A stretch of 64,000 bases of DNA, taken from the IMG/VR virus record IMGVR_UViG_3300029554_000001, one strand, 5' to 3'. Positions 45,588 through 54,252 of this stretch are shown here, in pieces. The notes beneath the pieces were generated by a model, which searched no databases, was not told the origin of the DNA, and saw only the letters and a list, made by a program, of their open reading frames with translations. The stretch comes from a virus. The position numbers and the translations under genes were made by a program. Each line of letters opens with the position of its first letter. Positions within the stretch are counted from its first letter, which is position 1.

Positions 45588-46022
45588 ATGGAAGCAATTA
45601 AAAATTTTTTTGATGCCTATGCTTTTCTCTCTAATTTTTATAATGCACCTGTAAGTTATAATGGCTTAACCTATCACAATTCAGAAGCAGCGTTTCAAGC
45701 ACAAAAAGAAATTAGAGATGAAGACCGTAAAAAATATATTTTCATGAATCCAGCTCAAGCAAAACTTGCTGGTAGGAATTGTAAGTTGCGTAAAGATTGG
45801 GAAGATATTAAAGAGCAAACAATGTATGAAATTGTTAGTGCAAAATTTACTCAGAACAAAAATCTCGCCAAACTTCTTCTTGATACTGGTGACGCTTATC
45901 TTGAAGAGGGAAATTGGTGGCATGATACTACATGGGGAGTTTGCAATGGTGTTGGAGAAAATAAGTTAGGAAAGATTCTTATGCGCGTAAGAGAAGAACT
46001 TGATGGAGGAATTTGGGAATGA
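45588..46022 (+). CDS. NADAR (YbiA/DUF1768) family protein
   Basis: FLSNFYNAPVSYNGLTYHNSEAAFQAQK...W...TWG pattern characteristic of NADAR domains. ATG directly after the ligA TAA. Confidence 0.7.
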   Translation: MEAIKNFFDAYAFLSNFYNAPVSYNGLTYHNSEAAFQAQKEIRDEDRKKYIFMNPAQAKLAGRNCKLRKDWEDIKEQTMYEIVSAKFTQNKNLAKLLLDTGDAYLEEGNWWHDTTWGVCNGVGENKLGKILMRVREELDGGIWE

Positions 46023-46450
46023 ATAGTCAGATGGCTAATAAAGTAGACCATACTATTGATGGTAAATGTTCTGGATGTGGAGCTTGTTGTTCTGCAATTC
46101 TTTGTGTAAGTGATGCAGAAGTAAAGAAGATTAAAAAGTATCTTGGTCAGCATCCAGAAGTAAAAATGATTAATCGTAATACTGCTTTAGATAAAGATTT
46201 TAAAGATATTTGTCCTTTTTTGAACAAGGAAAACAAGTGCCAAATTTATGAAGTACGACCTGAGATTTGTTCTCGTTTTATTTGTTCTGCTTTTAAGGAT
46301 ACTTCTATTCCTCCTCTTAATCATAGAAATAAGAGAATCATTAATATGATTACTACATTTATGGGAGAAAAGACTTGTCCAAATGCTCCTGACCTCGTAG
46401 GGTTGAATAAGTTTTATGAAAGTAAAAAGAAAGAGGTTTATGGGAAATGA
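46019..46450 (+). CDS. YkgJ-family Cys-cluster (Zn/Fe-binding) protein
   Basis: CSGCGACC near the N-terminus, then CPFL...NKCQIYEVRPEICSRFIC. ATGA overlap with the upstream gene. Confidence 0.6.
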   Translation: MNSQMANKVDHTIDGKCSGCGACCSAILCVSDAEVKKIKKYLGQHPEVKMINRNTALDKDFKDICPFLNKENKCQIYEVRPEICSRFICSAFKDTSIPPLNHRNKRIINMITTFMGEKTCPNAPDLVGLNKFYESKKKEVYGK

Positions 46451-46716
46451 CAATTAAATATTGTTGTGAAAAGTGTGGAAAAGAGTTTTAGTCTTTAGGC
46501 GAATGTTATTTACATGAGAGAAAATGTATTGACGGGATAGATGGAAAGAAAGCCGTTTTAATGCTTGAAGAATTAAGTTATCCTTATGGGCAAGCTGTTT
46601 GTAAACATTGTGATAATCATTATATGGTTTATGGATGTGAGCTTTCTTGTAAGTATGAAAGGTCTTGTAAAAAGAGAGATAATTATCCTTTCTGGAAAGA
46701 AGAGGAAAAGGAATGA
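46447..46716 (+). CDS. small Cys-rich zinc-finger-like protein (missed by ORF track because of TAG)
   Basis: ATGA overlaps at both ends. 89 codons with one TAG (codon 15). CEKCGKEF[TAG]SLGECYLHERKC resembles a C2H2-like finger. Confidence 0.5.
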
Positions 46717-46982
46717 ATTTTCCAAAAAAGCAGCCTTTAGAATCTACTAAATGGCTAAAATATAAATTTAATAGAAAAGAAGATAATATTGAAGATGCTC
46801 AGACAAATTTGTTAAACTGGACAATTCTTAGTTATAATCCTGTTCAAAAAGATTATGTTTTAGCTGGTGTAATTACTAAAGTTACAGAAGATTATGTGGA
46901 ATTTTTAGGAGACCCTTCTGTTGTTAATACCAGATGGTTTCAGGAATCGTCTGTAGGGCATAGTTTGGAGTGTTTAAGTTAA
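46713..46982 (+). CDS. hypothetical protein
   Basis: ORF in a translationally coupled chain (ATGA overlap upstream, TAATG downstream). Confidence 0.5.
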   Translation: MNFPKKQPLESTKWLKYKFNRKEDNIEDAQTNLLNWTILSYNPVQKDYVLAGVITKVTEDYVEFLGDPSVVNTRWFQESSVGHSLECLS

Positions 46983-47593
46983 TGAATTATTATATTTCAG
47001 ATTTGCACTTTGGGCATAAAAACATTATTAATTTTGACCATCGCCCATATGATACAACAGAAGAAATGGAGCTTGGCTTAATTTCTCGTTGGAATAAACA
47101 AGTTTCAAATGCAGACCATGTATATGTACTTGGAGATTTTCTGTGGAAAGCAGGGTCAGATGAATGGATTCGTATTTTAAATAAGTTAAACGGTAATGTT
47201 CATTTAATTCAAGGCAATCATGACTGTAACCAATATTCTACAGGAGTTAGGAAAAAATTAGCTGAAATTTGTCATTATAAAGAAGTAACTGAGACAGTTG
47301 ATGGTAAACTTTATAGAGTAATTCTTTCTCATTTTGCAATTCTTTCATATTATGGGTCTTGTTATGATAATTGTTTCCATTTACATGGACATACTCATAC
47401 AACCAAAGAACAAGACTTGGTAGAAGATTTTGCTAAAATGGCAAAAGAAAAATTAAAAAATTCCAATGGGAATGAATATTTAAATAGAGCACAGATGATT
47501 AATGTTGGATGTATGATGCCTTATATGAATTATACTCCACAAACTTTTGAATATCTTTTGATGAAATATAAGAAGGGAGAAATAAAGGCGTAA
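46982..47593 (+). CDS. calcineurin-like metallophosphoesterase
   Basis: Motifs ISDLHFGH, VLGDF, GNHD and GHTH. Confidence 0.75.
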   Translation: MNYYISDLHFGHKNIINFDHRPYDTTEEMELGLISRWNKQVSNADHVYVLGDFLWKAGSDEWIRILNKLNGNVHLIQGNHDCNQYSTGVRKKLAEICHYKEVTETVDGKLYRVILSHFAILSYYGSCYDNCFHLHGHTHTTKEQDLVEDFAKMAKEKLKNSNGNEYLNRAQMINVGCMMPYMNYTPQTFEYLLMKYKKGEIKA

Positions 47594-48372
47594 TGAAAGT
47601 AACCCTTTTGAATCCTACTGTATTAGAGGATTTATATAAAAACCACGGTGAATTTGCTTGTGAATGTTATAATACAGATAAAAAATATGCTGAACGAGTG
47701 GGGAAGAAATGTGAAGATTCAGGTCACATGAGTGGTTCTCGTTGTGAATATATTAAATTTGAAATTGAAGCAGATAGAGGCACTTTAGAACAGATGATGC
47801 GCTCTGAAATTGGAGTGCGTTATGATAATCAGGACAAGTATGCTTACATGGATTTGATTGAAGCAATTCCCCGTGTAAGTCCTGATGAGATTGTTAAGAA
47901 TCTGGCTTCATTTAGATATATTGACAAAAATAATTTTACTTATATTATACCAAGTAATATTGAAAAAAATGAGAAAGCCAAGGCTTTGTATCAAAACCTT
48001 ATGAGTAATATTGATACAACTCGTAGGCTTATTCGTGATATCCTTACTGAGAATGGTGTTAAGATTAATGCCGCAGTAGAAGATGCTAATTTTGTTTTGC
48101 CAAGAGCAACTAATACCACTTTAGCGATAGGTTTTACTCCTGAAGCTTTAATTACATTTATGCATAAACGTTTATGTACCCGTGCTCAAGAACCTATTCG
48201 CAAAATTGCTGTTGAAATGAAAAGACAAATTGCAGGAATTAATCCAGTGTTTGCTAAAGAACTTGTTCCTCATTGTCAATATCTTCTTTGGTGTCCAGAG
48301 GGCGATAAGTGTTGTGGTAGATATCCTACTCGTGAAGAATTGAGGGATAAATTATGGAAGCAAGAATTGTAA
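47593..48372 (+). CDS. ThyX-like flavin-dependent thymidylate synthase (divergent)
   Basis: SGHMSGSRCEYIKFEIEADRGTLEQMMR...SFRYI resembles the ThyX SGH.S..EH...F.I.G.SR....L.RHR...S.RY core, with an insertion. TAATG overlap upstream. Confidence 0.5.
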   Translation: MKVTLLNPTVLEDLYKNHGEFACECYNTDKKYAERVGKKCEDSGHMSGSRCEYIKFEIEADRGTLEQMMRSEIGVRYDNQDKYAYMDLIEAIPRVSPDEIVKNLASFRYIDKNNFTYIIPSNIEKNEKAKALYQNLMSNIDTTRRLIRDILTENGVKINAAVEDANFVLPRATNTTLAIGFTPEALITFMHKRLCTRAQEPIRKIAVEMKRQIAGINPVFAKELVPHCQYLLWCPEGDKCCGRYPTREELRDKLWKQEL

Positions 48373-48905
48373 TAATTAATGGCTCTGGAGGTAGTGGAAA
48401 ATCTACTTTCGTAAGGTTGTGTAAAGAAATTTTAGAAAGTCAAACAAATTGGAATGTGCTGGAATTATCTACCGTAGATTGGGTAAAAGCAGTAGCTCAG
48501 TTCGCTGGATGGGATGGTAGCAAAGAAGAAAAAGATAGAAAATTTCTTCACGAATTAAAGATGGCGTTGGAAGAGTGGGATAATTCTCCCAATCAAAAAG
48601 TGTTTGACCAGATTAACACAGTGCTCAACAATGAAATGCTAAACAAAAGAAATTGGCTTTTCTTTGTTAATATTAGAGAACCTAAGTGTATTGGAGCTTT
48701 TATTAAACAAAATGAAACAGCAACAGGTTTATCTTGTAAAACTATGTTGGTTGAAAATGCAAATGTAGCCCCTATTATTTCCAATCCTGCTGATGGAGAA
48801 GTTCATTATTATCATTATGACACAATAATTAGCAATAGCTCTGATTTAGAAAATCTTAAAAAATGGGCTCATGATTATTTAGAATACGTTCAAAAAATAA
48901 TTTAA
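48354..48905 (+). CDS. P-loop NTPase/kinase-like protein (dNMP kinase candidate)
   Basis: Walker A NGSGGSGKST at the N-terminus. 183 aa. Confidence 0.5.
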   Translation: MEARIVIINGSGGSGKSTFVRLCKEILESQTNWNVLELSTVDWVKAVAQFAGWDGSKEEKDRKFLHELKMALEEWDNSPNQKVFDQINTVLNNEMLNKRNWLFFVNIREPKCIGAFIKQNETATGLSCKTMLVENANVAPIISNPADGEVHYYHYDTIISNSSDLENLKKWAHDYLEYVQKII

Positions 48906-48911
48906 AAAGTA

Positions 48912-48941
48912 TTGACAATATGGTTCTACTTATGATATACT
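48912..48941 (+). promoter_or_regulatory. sigma70/sigmaA-type promoter embedded in a 14-bp inverted repeat
   Basis: TTGACA (48912-48917), 18 nt, TATACT (48936-48941). The IR GGTTCTACTTATGA (48922-48935) / TCATAGGTAGAATC (48945-48958) covers the spacer and -10 box. Confidence 0.5.
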
Positions 48942-48969
48942 TACTCATAGGTAGAATCATATTTTTAAT

Positions 48970-49242
48970 ATGGAGTATATTATGAAGAGAAAATTAAGTT
49001 TCATCGCTTTACAAAACATGGACGGTCATACAGTATGGGTTCATGATTTAGCAAATGATTACTATGACCAAGAATGTATTGTAAAAGTTAATGTTGTTAG
49101 GACTATTAATCCTTTTAAGAATCAAAAAAAGAAAATTGTTGAATTTGTAGAATCTATTGAATTAACTAATGAAGAGTTTAGATTCGTGTATGGATTAAAC
49201 GGAAAATGTTTAGATGGAGAATTTGAGGTGTACGTAAAATGA
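48970..49242 (+). CDS. hypothetical protein
   Basis: ORF after the promoter. TGA stop overlaps the next start (ATGA). Confidence 0.5.
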   Translation: MEYIMKRKLSFIALQNMDGHTVWVHDLANDYYDQECIVKVNVVRTINPFKNQKKKIVEFVESIELTNEEFRFVYGLNGKCLDGEFEVYVK

Positions 49243-49502
49243 TTTGTCAAGTTAATGCTTACCATTATGAAAAAGGTAATAAGGTTGTTGTTTCTCTTGG
49301 GCGTGTAGAAGAAAAGGGAACTGATATTATTCTTAACGCTCAATATCCAGAATGTTTTAAGCTTATTAAAAAATATATTGACAACAAAGGGTTTAAGAGT
49401 TATTATTATAATTGTTATGTTACTCCAGAAGGGGTTTATAATGTAGATTATGGTAGTTACTCGGATTTTTGTGAGTTTTATAAGGTGAATGATGATGAGT
49501 AA
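49239..49502 (+). CDS. hypothetical protein
   Basis: Translationally coupled ORF, no TAG. Confidence 0.5.
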   Translation: MICQVNAYHYEKGNKVVVSLGRVEEKGTDIILNAQYPECFKLIKKYIDNKGFKSYYYNCYVTPEGVYNVDYGSYSDFCEFYKVNDDE

Positions 49503-50085
49503 AAAGAATTATAGCTGGCTTAATTTAAGCTATTTAAATAAATCTTATAAAGGATTACCTTTTTTACATCCAAAAAATTTAAAAGACCTTTATCCTGTAC
49601 ACAAGCAGAGAAAAGATAGAGCTTTTAAGGGTTGGTGTAATAGGGACATTTGGAATTTTGATGGTTGGTTTCAACAGGTAATCCCTGAAATGTTAGAAGA
49701 ATTAGCTAAAACTCATGTTGGCTACCCAATGATTGATTTTGACAAAACTCGTCAAACTGGCAAACGAGAATATCGTGGTTGGAATGAGCTTACAAGAGAA
49801 AAGTTCAATTCTGACGAAGAATACAAAACCGCAGAAGAAGCCCAGTGTAAGGCATGGGAAGATTACCTGAAAGAAATTGCAACTCATATTCGCAATTCTA
49901 CTGAAGAGACTTGTCCTAAGAAAAACTCTGTTCTTGAAAAGTATGACGGATGGGCAAATAAAATTCCCGAAGAAGAACAAGAACAGTATTATCAAGAAAG
50001 CGCTGAAATTGATAAGTATATGCAAGCTGAAATTGAAAAAGCTTTAGATATGATTAAGCCTATCTTTTTTGATTTGTGGGATTAA
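49489..50085 (+). CDS. hypothetical protein
   Basis: 198-aa ORF. Three consecutive ATG at the start. Confidence 0.5.
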   Translation: MMMSKKNYSWLNLSYLNKSYKGLPFLHPKNLKDLYPVHKQRKDRAFKGWCNRDIWNFDGWFQQVIPEMLEELAKTHVGYPMIDFDKTRQTGKREYRGWNELTREKFNSDEEYKTAEEAQCKAWEDYLKEIATHIRNSTEETCPKKNSVLEKYDGWANKIPEEEQEQYYQESAEIDKYMQAEIEKALDMIKPIFFDLWD

Positions 50086-50089
50086 AAAA

Positions 50090-50269
50090 ATGAGTAAAAA
50101 AAGAGTAAAAATTTTAACCTATGATTCACTAATTTTTGAATCTCGTTTAAATATGTGGCTTAGTAGTTCTAAAAAGAATATTACAGATATTCAATTTACT
50201 ACAAGATACGATGACGTGTTAGGCAGGGAAAGATATACTGCTTTTATTAAATATGAGGTAGATAAATGA
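50090..50269 (+). CDS. hypothetical small protein
   Basis: ATG 50090 after the upstream TAA. TGA overlaps the next start. Confidence 0.4.
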   Translation: MSKKRVKILTYDSLIFESRLNMWLSSSKKNITDIQFTTRYDDVLGRERYTAFIKYEVDK

Positions 50270-51384
50270 TTTATTTAGACCATGCGGCTACAACTTTTGT
50301 ATCGTCTGAAATCATTGATATTATTAAAGATGATTTAGCTGAATATTGGGGTAATGCAAGCACGACCTATGGTTTAGGGCGTAAGAGTAAAAATTTAATT
50401 GAGGAAAGTCGTGCAAAAATTGCGCATGTTATGTGTGCTTTTCCAGAAGAAATTTATTTTACTTCTGGTAGTAGCGAAGGTAATGCGTGGGCTTTAGCTC
50501 AAAAAAGCAAATGTTTATGTAGTCCTTATGAGCATCATAATATCACAGAAAATCCCAAGTCAATAATTATTGATAAGAATTATCTTATTGATGCTGTTAA
50601 AGTTACAGAGAAAAGTGAAGAGTTGGGTTTTCTGTGGGGAGATTATAGTGGATTTCTTTTGTCTTGGATGTATGTAAATAATGAGACAGGAGAAATTTTT
50701 AATCCTCGTGAACATATGGATTTAGCTCATAGACTTAATATGTATTATCATTGTGATATGACACAGGCTTTAGGTAATGTTCCTATTGATATTAGACACA
50801 TGGCTGACATTGCTACTTTTAGTGGACATAAGGTGCATTCTCCTAAAGGTGTTGGCTTTATTTATTTTTCAAAAGATACTTTTCCTGTTGAGAAGATTAA
50901 GCCTTTAATTTATGGTGGAGACCAAGAAAGTAATCGTAGAGCTGGTACTGAAAATATTCCTTATATTCATGCTTTAGCTTTAACTGTTGATAAAGCTGTT
51001 GCCCATCAAAAAGAAAAAGATTTAGCTTGTAAGAAAATGAAGAGAGCTTTTCTTGAAGAACTTGGTAAATTATTTGAACCAAATGATTATATGATTGTTT
51101 CTCCTGCAAATAGTATTAATTCTACAGTGTGTGTTTGCTTTCACAATGTAGAGGGAGAAATTCTTCAATCTATGTTAGATGAAAAGGAAATTTATGTAGG
51201 GACAGGAAGTGCGTGTAATACAGGAGATATGAAAGCATCTGCTGTGTTAGAAGCTATGAAGATTCCAGAAGATTATATTCGTGGAGAAATTAGAATTTCT
51301 ATGAATGAAACTCAAAATACAGTTGAAGATGTAATTGAAACTGCAAGAGTATTACATGAATGTTATAAAATGGTTAGGAGTTGA
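50266..51384 (+). CDS. class V aminotransferase / cysteine desulfurase (NifS/IscS-like)
   Basis: IYLDHAATT N-terminal motif and PLP-lysine motif SGHKVHSPKGVGFIY. Confidence 0.75.
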   Translation: MIYLDHAATTFVSSEIIDIIKDDLAEYWGNASTTYGLGRKSKNLIEESRAKIAHVMCAFPEEIYFTSGSSEGNAWALAQKSKCLCSPYEHHNITENPKSIIIDKNYLIDAVKVTEKSEELGFLWGDYSGFLLSWMYVNNETGEIFNPREHMDLAHRLNMYYHCDMTQALGNVPIDIRHMADIATFSGHKVHSPKGVGFIYFSKDTFPVEKIKPLIYGGDQESNRRAGTENIPYIHALALTVDKAVAHQKEKDLACKKMKRAFLEELGKLFEPNDYMIVSPANSINSTVCVCFHNVEGEILQSMLDEKEIYVGTGSACNTGDMKASAVLEAMKIPEDYIRGEIRISMNETQNTVEDVIETARVLHECYKMVRS

Positions 51385-51389
51385 TTATA

Positions 51390-53168
51390 ATGAACTTTAA
51401 GCCAAGTACATATCAACAAGATATTTTAGATTTTTTTCTTAACAATCCTCAAAGTAACATGCTTGTAAATGCTTTGGCTGGAAGTGGTAAGTCAACAACT
51501 GCTTGTATGCTTTCTGAACATTCAAAAACTTCTGATTTATATATTGCATTTAATGCAAGTGTAGTTGAGGAGTTTAAGAAAAAGATTAAGAATCCTAAGA
51601 CTAAGGTTATGACGATGCATTCTTTAGCATATTCTATTATGCTTTATAATGTAGAACAAGAATCTAAGGATTCAGGAGAAAAGCCAAAAGGTTTTGGTTC
51701 TCAGCGCTCTAAAAGAACTGTGAGTTTAGATAATTTTAAGCCACATAAAATTCTTGATGAAGAAATCACAAAACGTTATGGTAGATATATTGAATTTGCC
51801 AAGCGAGTTTTCTTGAAAGATAATTATGTAAATCTTTATAATTTGTGCAGATTAACTCTTACCGATATGTCTTCAAATAAAGATGTATCTCGTTTAATTG
51901 ATGACCATGTATTATTTTTGTATTATGGTGACGAAGGTTATTCTGCGCCTGATATTAGTGAAATTACTTCTACATTGAAGATTCTTGATACTAAAAGTAG
52001 ACAACAATTTGAAACTCAAGGTGTAATTGATTTTACTGATATGTTGTGGATTACTTTTAATAAACTGAAATATGATAATTGGGAAGTCCCTTATTGGGCT
52101 TTGTATACAAATATTTATTGTGATGAGGTTCAAGATTTTTCTAATATTCAATTAAATTTTCTAAAGTTTATTAAAAGAACTAAGGGTAGATATGTTTTTA
52201 TTGGAGATTTTCATCAGGCCATTTATAATTTTGCTGGTGCTAATGCTCAAGCTTTTAATCAAATTCCTAAGATGTTTGCTCCTGTAGAAACTTTTGATTT
52301 ACCTATTTGTTATCGTTGTGCTAAGTCTCATCTTAGTAGAGTAAATAGAGAATATGGGATTCCTATTCTTCCTTGTGATGATGCTCCAATGGGGTTTGTT
52401 AAAACTATTGACAAAAACAAAATTTCAGAGTATGCTAAAGCAGGAGATATGGTAATTTCCAGAAAAAACAAATGGATAGCTGAGGTAGTGCTTGATTTAG
52501 CTCGAAATGGAACACCTATTTTTATTGAGGATAAAGATATGGTAGCGGCAATTAAAAGACAGATTTTATCATCCAAATGCACCTCGGTTGGCACACTCGA
52601 AAAATTCCTTCAAAAAGTAATAAGTAATTATAATAAAAAACTCTTTGAAATCGTTTCAAAAAATGTCCGTGAGGGGGGACACGAGGAAGAGCGTTTGGAA
52701 GCCGTGGCGGAGACAAATTCTAAGATAGATAATACGAGCTTTTTGTTAGAGATTTTGGAAGGGTATCTTGAAAATCATGCCTCTTCTGATAGTATTTCTA
52801 AATTTTCTAATTTTATTGATAAACTATTAAATACTACACCTTCTCCTAATTGTGTTAGACTTTGTAGTATTCATAAAGCTAAAGGCCTTGAAGCTACGAA
52901 TGTTTTTGTTTTGAATGAAGCTAAAATTAATTATGATTTTAGGAACAGTAAAGAACAAAATATTCAGGAAAAGAATTTAAGTTATATTGCAACTACTCGT
53001 GCAAAAGAGGGTTTGTATCTTGTTAAAGAACCTTCTAAGACAATAACTACTAGAAAGACTGATTATCTTCTTTCAGATAACTATCTTCTTCCAGATAACG
53101 ATGTTTTAAAGAAAAGGGAACAGGATTTTAAGAAAGCTATTGTACGAGAAATTATGAGTTGTTTTTAA
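51390..53168 (+). CDS. UvrD/Rep/PcrA-like SF1 helicase
   Basis: Walker A ALAGSGKST, motif II YCDEVQDF, motif VI-like IHKAKGLEA. RBS AGGAG then ATG 51390. No TAG. Confidence 0.75.
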   Translation: MNFKPSTYQQDILDFFLNNPQSNMLVNALAGSGKSTTACMLSEHSKTSDLYIAFNASVVEEFKKKIKNPKTKVMTMHSLAYSIMLYNVEQESKDSGEKPKGFGSQRSKRTVSLDNFKPHKILDEEITKRYGRYIEFAKRVFLKDNYVNLYNLCRLTLTDMSSNKDVSRLIDDHVLFLYYGDEGYSAPDISEITSTLKILDTKSRQQFETQGVIDFTDMLWITFNKLKYDNWEVPYWALYTNIYCDEVQDFSNIQLNFLKFIKRTKGRYVFIGDFHQAIYNFAGANAQAFNQIPKMFAPVETFDLPICYRCAKSHLSRVNREYGIPILPCDDAPMGFVKTIDKNKISEYAKAGDMVISRKNKWIAEVVLDLARNGTPIFIEDKDMVAAIKRQILSSKCTSVGTLEKFLQKVISNYNKKLFEIVSKNVREGGHEEERLEAVAETNSKIDNTSFLLEILEGYLENHASSDSISKFSNFIDKLLNTTPSPNCVRLCSIHKAKGLEATNVFVLNEAKINYDFRNSKEQNIQEKNLSYIATTRAKEGLYLVKEPSKTITTRKTDYLLSDNYLLPDNDVLKKREQDFKKAIVREIMSCF

Positions 53169-53182
53169 GAAAGGATAATTTG

Positions 53183-53395
53183 ATGGCTAAGATTGAATGT
53201 AAAGGTTGTACTCCTAATTGTCCTTATTTTCCATATATGGATGGAACAGTTGATTGGGAATATAATGAGGAAGGATTGAAAGTCAGAAAGAAGAAAAAAA
53301 TTTTTGTTTGTTCTTATGACGGTCATCAAATTACAAATTGGACTGATGCGTGTCCAAAAGAATTAGATAGAATACTTAGTGAAAAAATTAATTAA
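53183..53395 (+). CDS. small Cys-rich protein
   Basis: RBS AAGAAAGGA then ATG 53183. 70 aa with CKGC..C and C...C pairs. Confidence 0.45.
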   Translation: MAKIECKGCTPNCPYFPYMDGTVDWEYNEEGLKVRKKKKIFVCSYDGHQITNWTDACPKELDRILSEKIN

Positions 53396-53415
53396 TTATA
53401 AAAGGAGTATTTAAA

Positions 53416-54144
53416 ATGGCTAATATTTTTAGTCGCAATTACAAGTTCGATGAGCCAAAAGTAACTTCTACTCAGGACAAGGGTTATTTTACTACCGAAG
53501 TTGCTTCTACTGATGAAGATGGTAAGATTGTTTCTTCTTCTGGTTATGTTTCTGTTTGGAAGCCCAAGGTAATGCATTGTCCTGACTGTGGTTGTCCTCT
53601 TATCCTTAATAACGGTGAGCTTGAATTTGCCGATGAAGATGATGACCTCTATGACTCTGACGATGACCTCTATGAAACTTGTGTTGAGTATGAGGAAGTA
53701 AATAAAGATATGTTTGACCTTCCTCCTTATTACAACATTTGTTATGGCATTCCTGCGGACCTTTCTTTGGGTAGTGATACTGCTCGTAGACTTGATAATT
53801 ATTATCATATTGTTGATAAGATTTCTGATAAGTTTGATGAGCGTTGTGCTGGTGAAACTATTTGGCTTCGGAATTTGTTTTTGCTTATGATTGCTAACAA
53901 GAAGTATGAACCAATTACTATGACCAATCTTGAACATTGTATTGAAGACCTCGCTCAGTATTGCATTAATGAAGAGATTTCTTATCTTGCTATGCCTTTT
54001 ATTGGGTGTGGTAAGGGGAAACTTGATTGGACGGATGTTCGTGCTATGATTATTAAAGTTTTTACTGAAGCTATCAACGAGGCTAAAAAGTTTGATTCTG
54101 AATATAATGGTTACAAGATTCATCTTACATTTTGCTACCAGTAA
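53416..54144 (+). CDS. macro-domain protein with acidic zinc-ribbon N-terminal region
   Basis: RBS AAAGGAG then ATG. The C-terminal half has macro-domain hallmarks (...NICYGIPADLSLGSDTARRL...SYLAMPFIGCGKGKLDWTDVRAMI...). The N-terminal part has CPDCGC and a tandem acidic DDLY repeat. Confidence 0.65.
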   Translation: MANIFSRNYKFDEPKVTSTQDKGYFTTEVASTDEDGKIVSSSGYVSVWKPKVMHCPDCGCPLILNNGELEFADEDDDLYDSDDDLYETCVEYEEVNKDMFDLPPYYNICYGIPADLSLGSDTARRLDNYYHIVDKISDKFDERCAGETIWLRNLFLLMIANKKYEPITMTNLEHCIEDLAQYCINEEISYLAMPFIGCGKGKLDWTDVRAMIIKVFTEAINEAKKFDSEYNGYKIHLTFCYQ

Positions 54145-54185
54145 ATTTGACCGATTGGATTAGTAAAAAATAACTGAATAAACCC

Positions 54186-54214
54186 TTGACAAATGTAAAT
54201 CTCTATGGTAATCT
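54186..54214 (+). promoter_or_regulatory. sigma70/sigmaA-type promoter overlapping an 11-bp perfect inverted repeat
   Basis: TTGACA (54186-54191), 17 nt, TAATCT (54209-54214). IR AAATCTCTATG (54197-54207) / CATAGAGATTT (54218-54228). Confidence 0.5.
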
Positions 54215-54252
54215 AATCATAGAGATTTACTTATTAAGAAAGGAAGTGGAAA

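Noticed and set aside
53392-54123. Long antisense ORFs opposite well-supported genes. These are 243 aa at 53392-54123, 241 aa at 21140-21865, 188 aa at 57692-58258 and 145 aa at 38187-38624, all on the minus strand.
   Set aside because: Each lies fully inside a + strand gene with clear domain motifs. Their translations are I/N/F/K/L-rich low-complexity strings typical of the reverse frame of AT-rich coding DNA. None has an RBS or promoter. No minus-strand gene is otherwise supported anywhere in the window.
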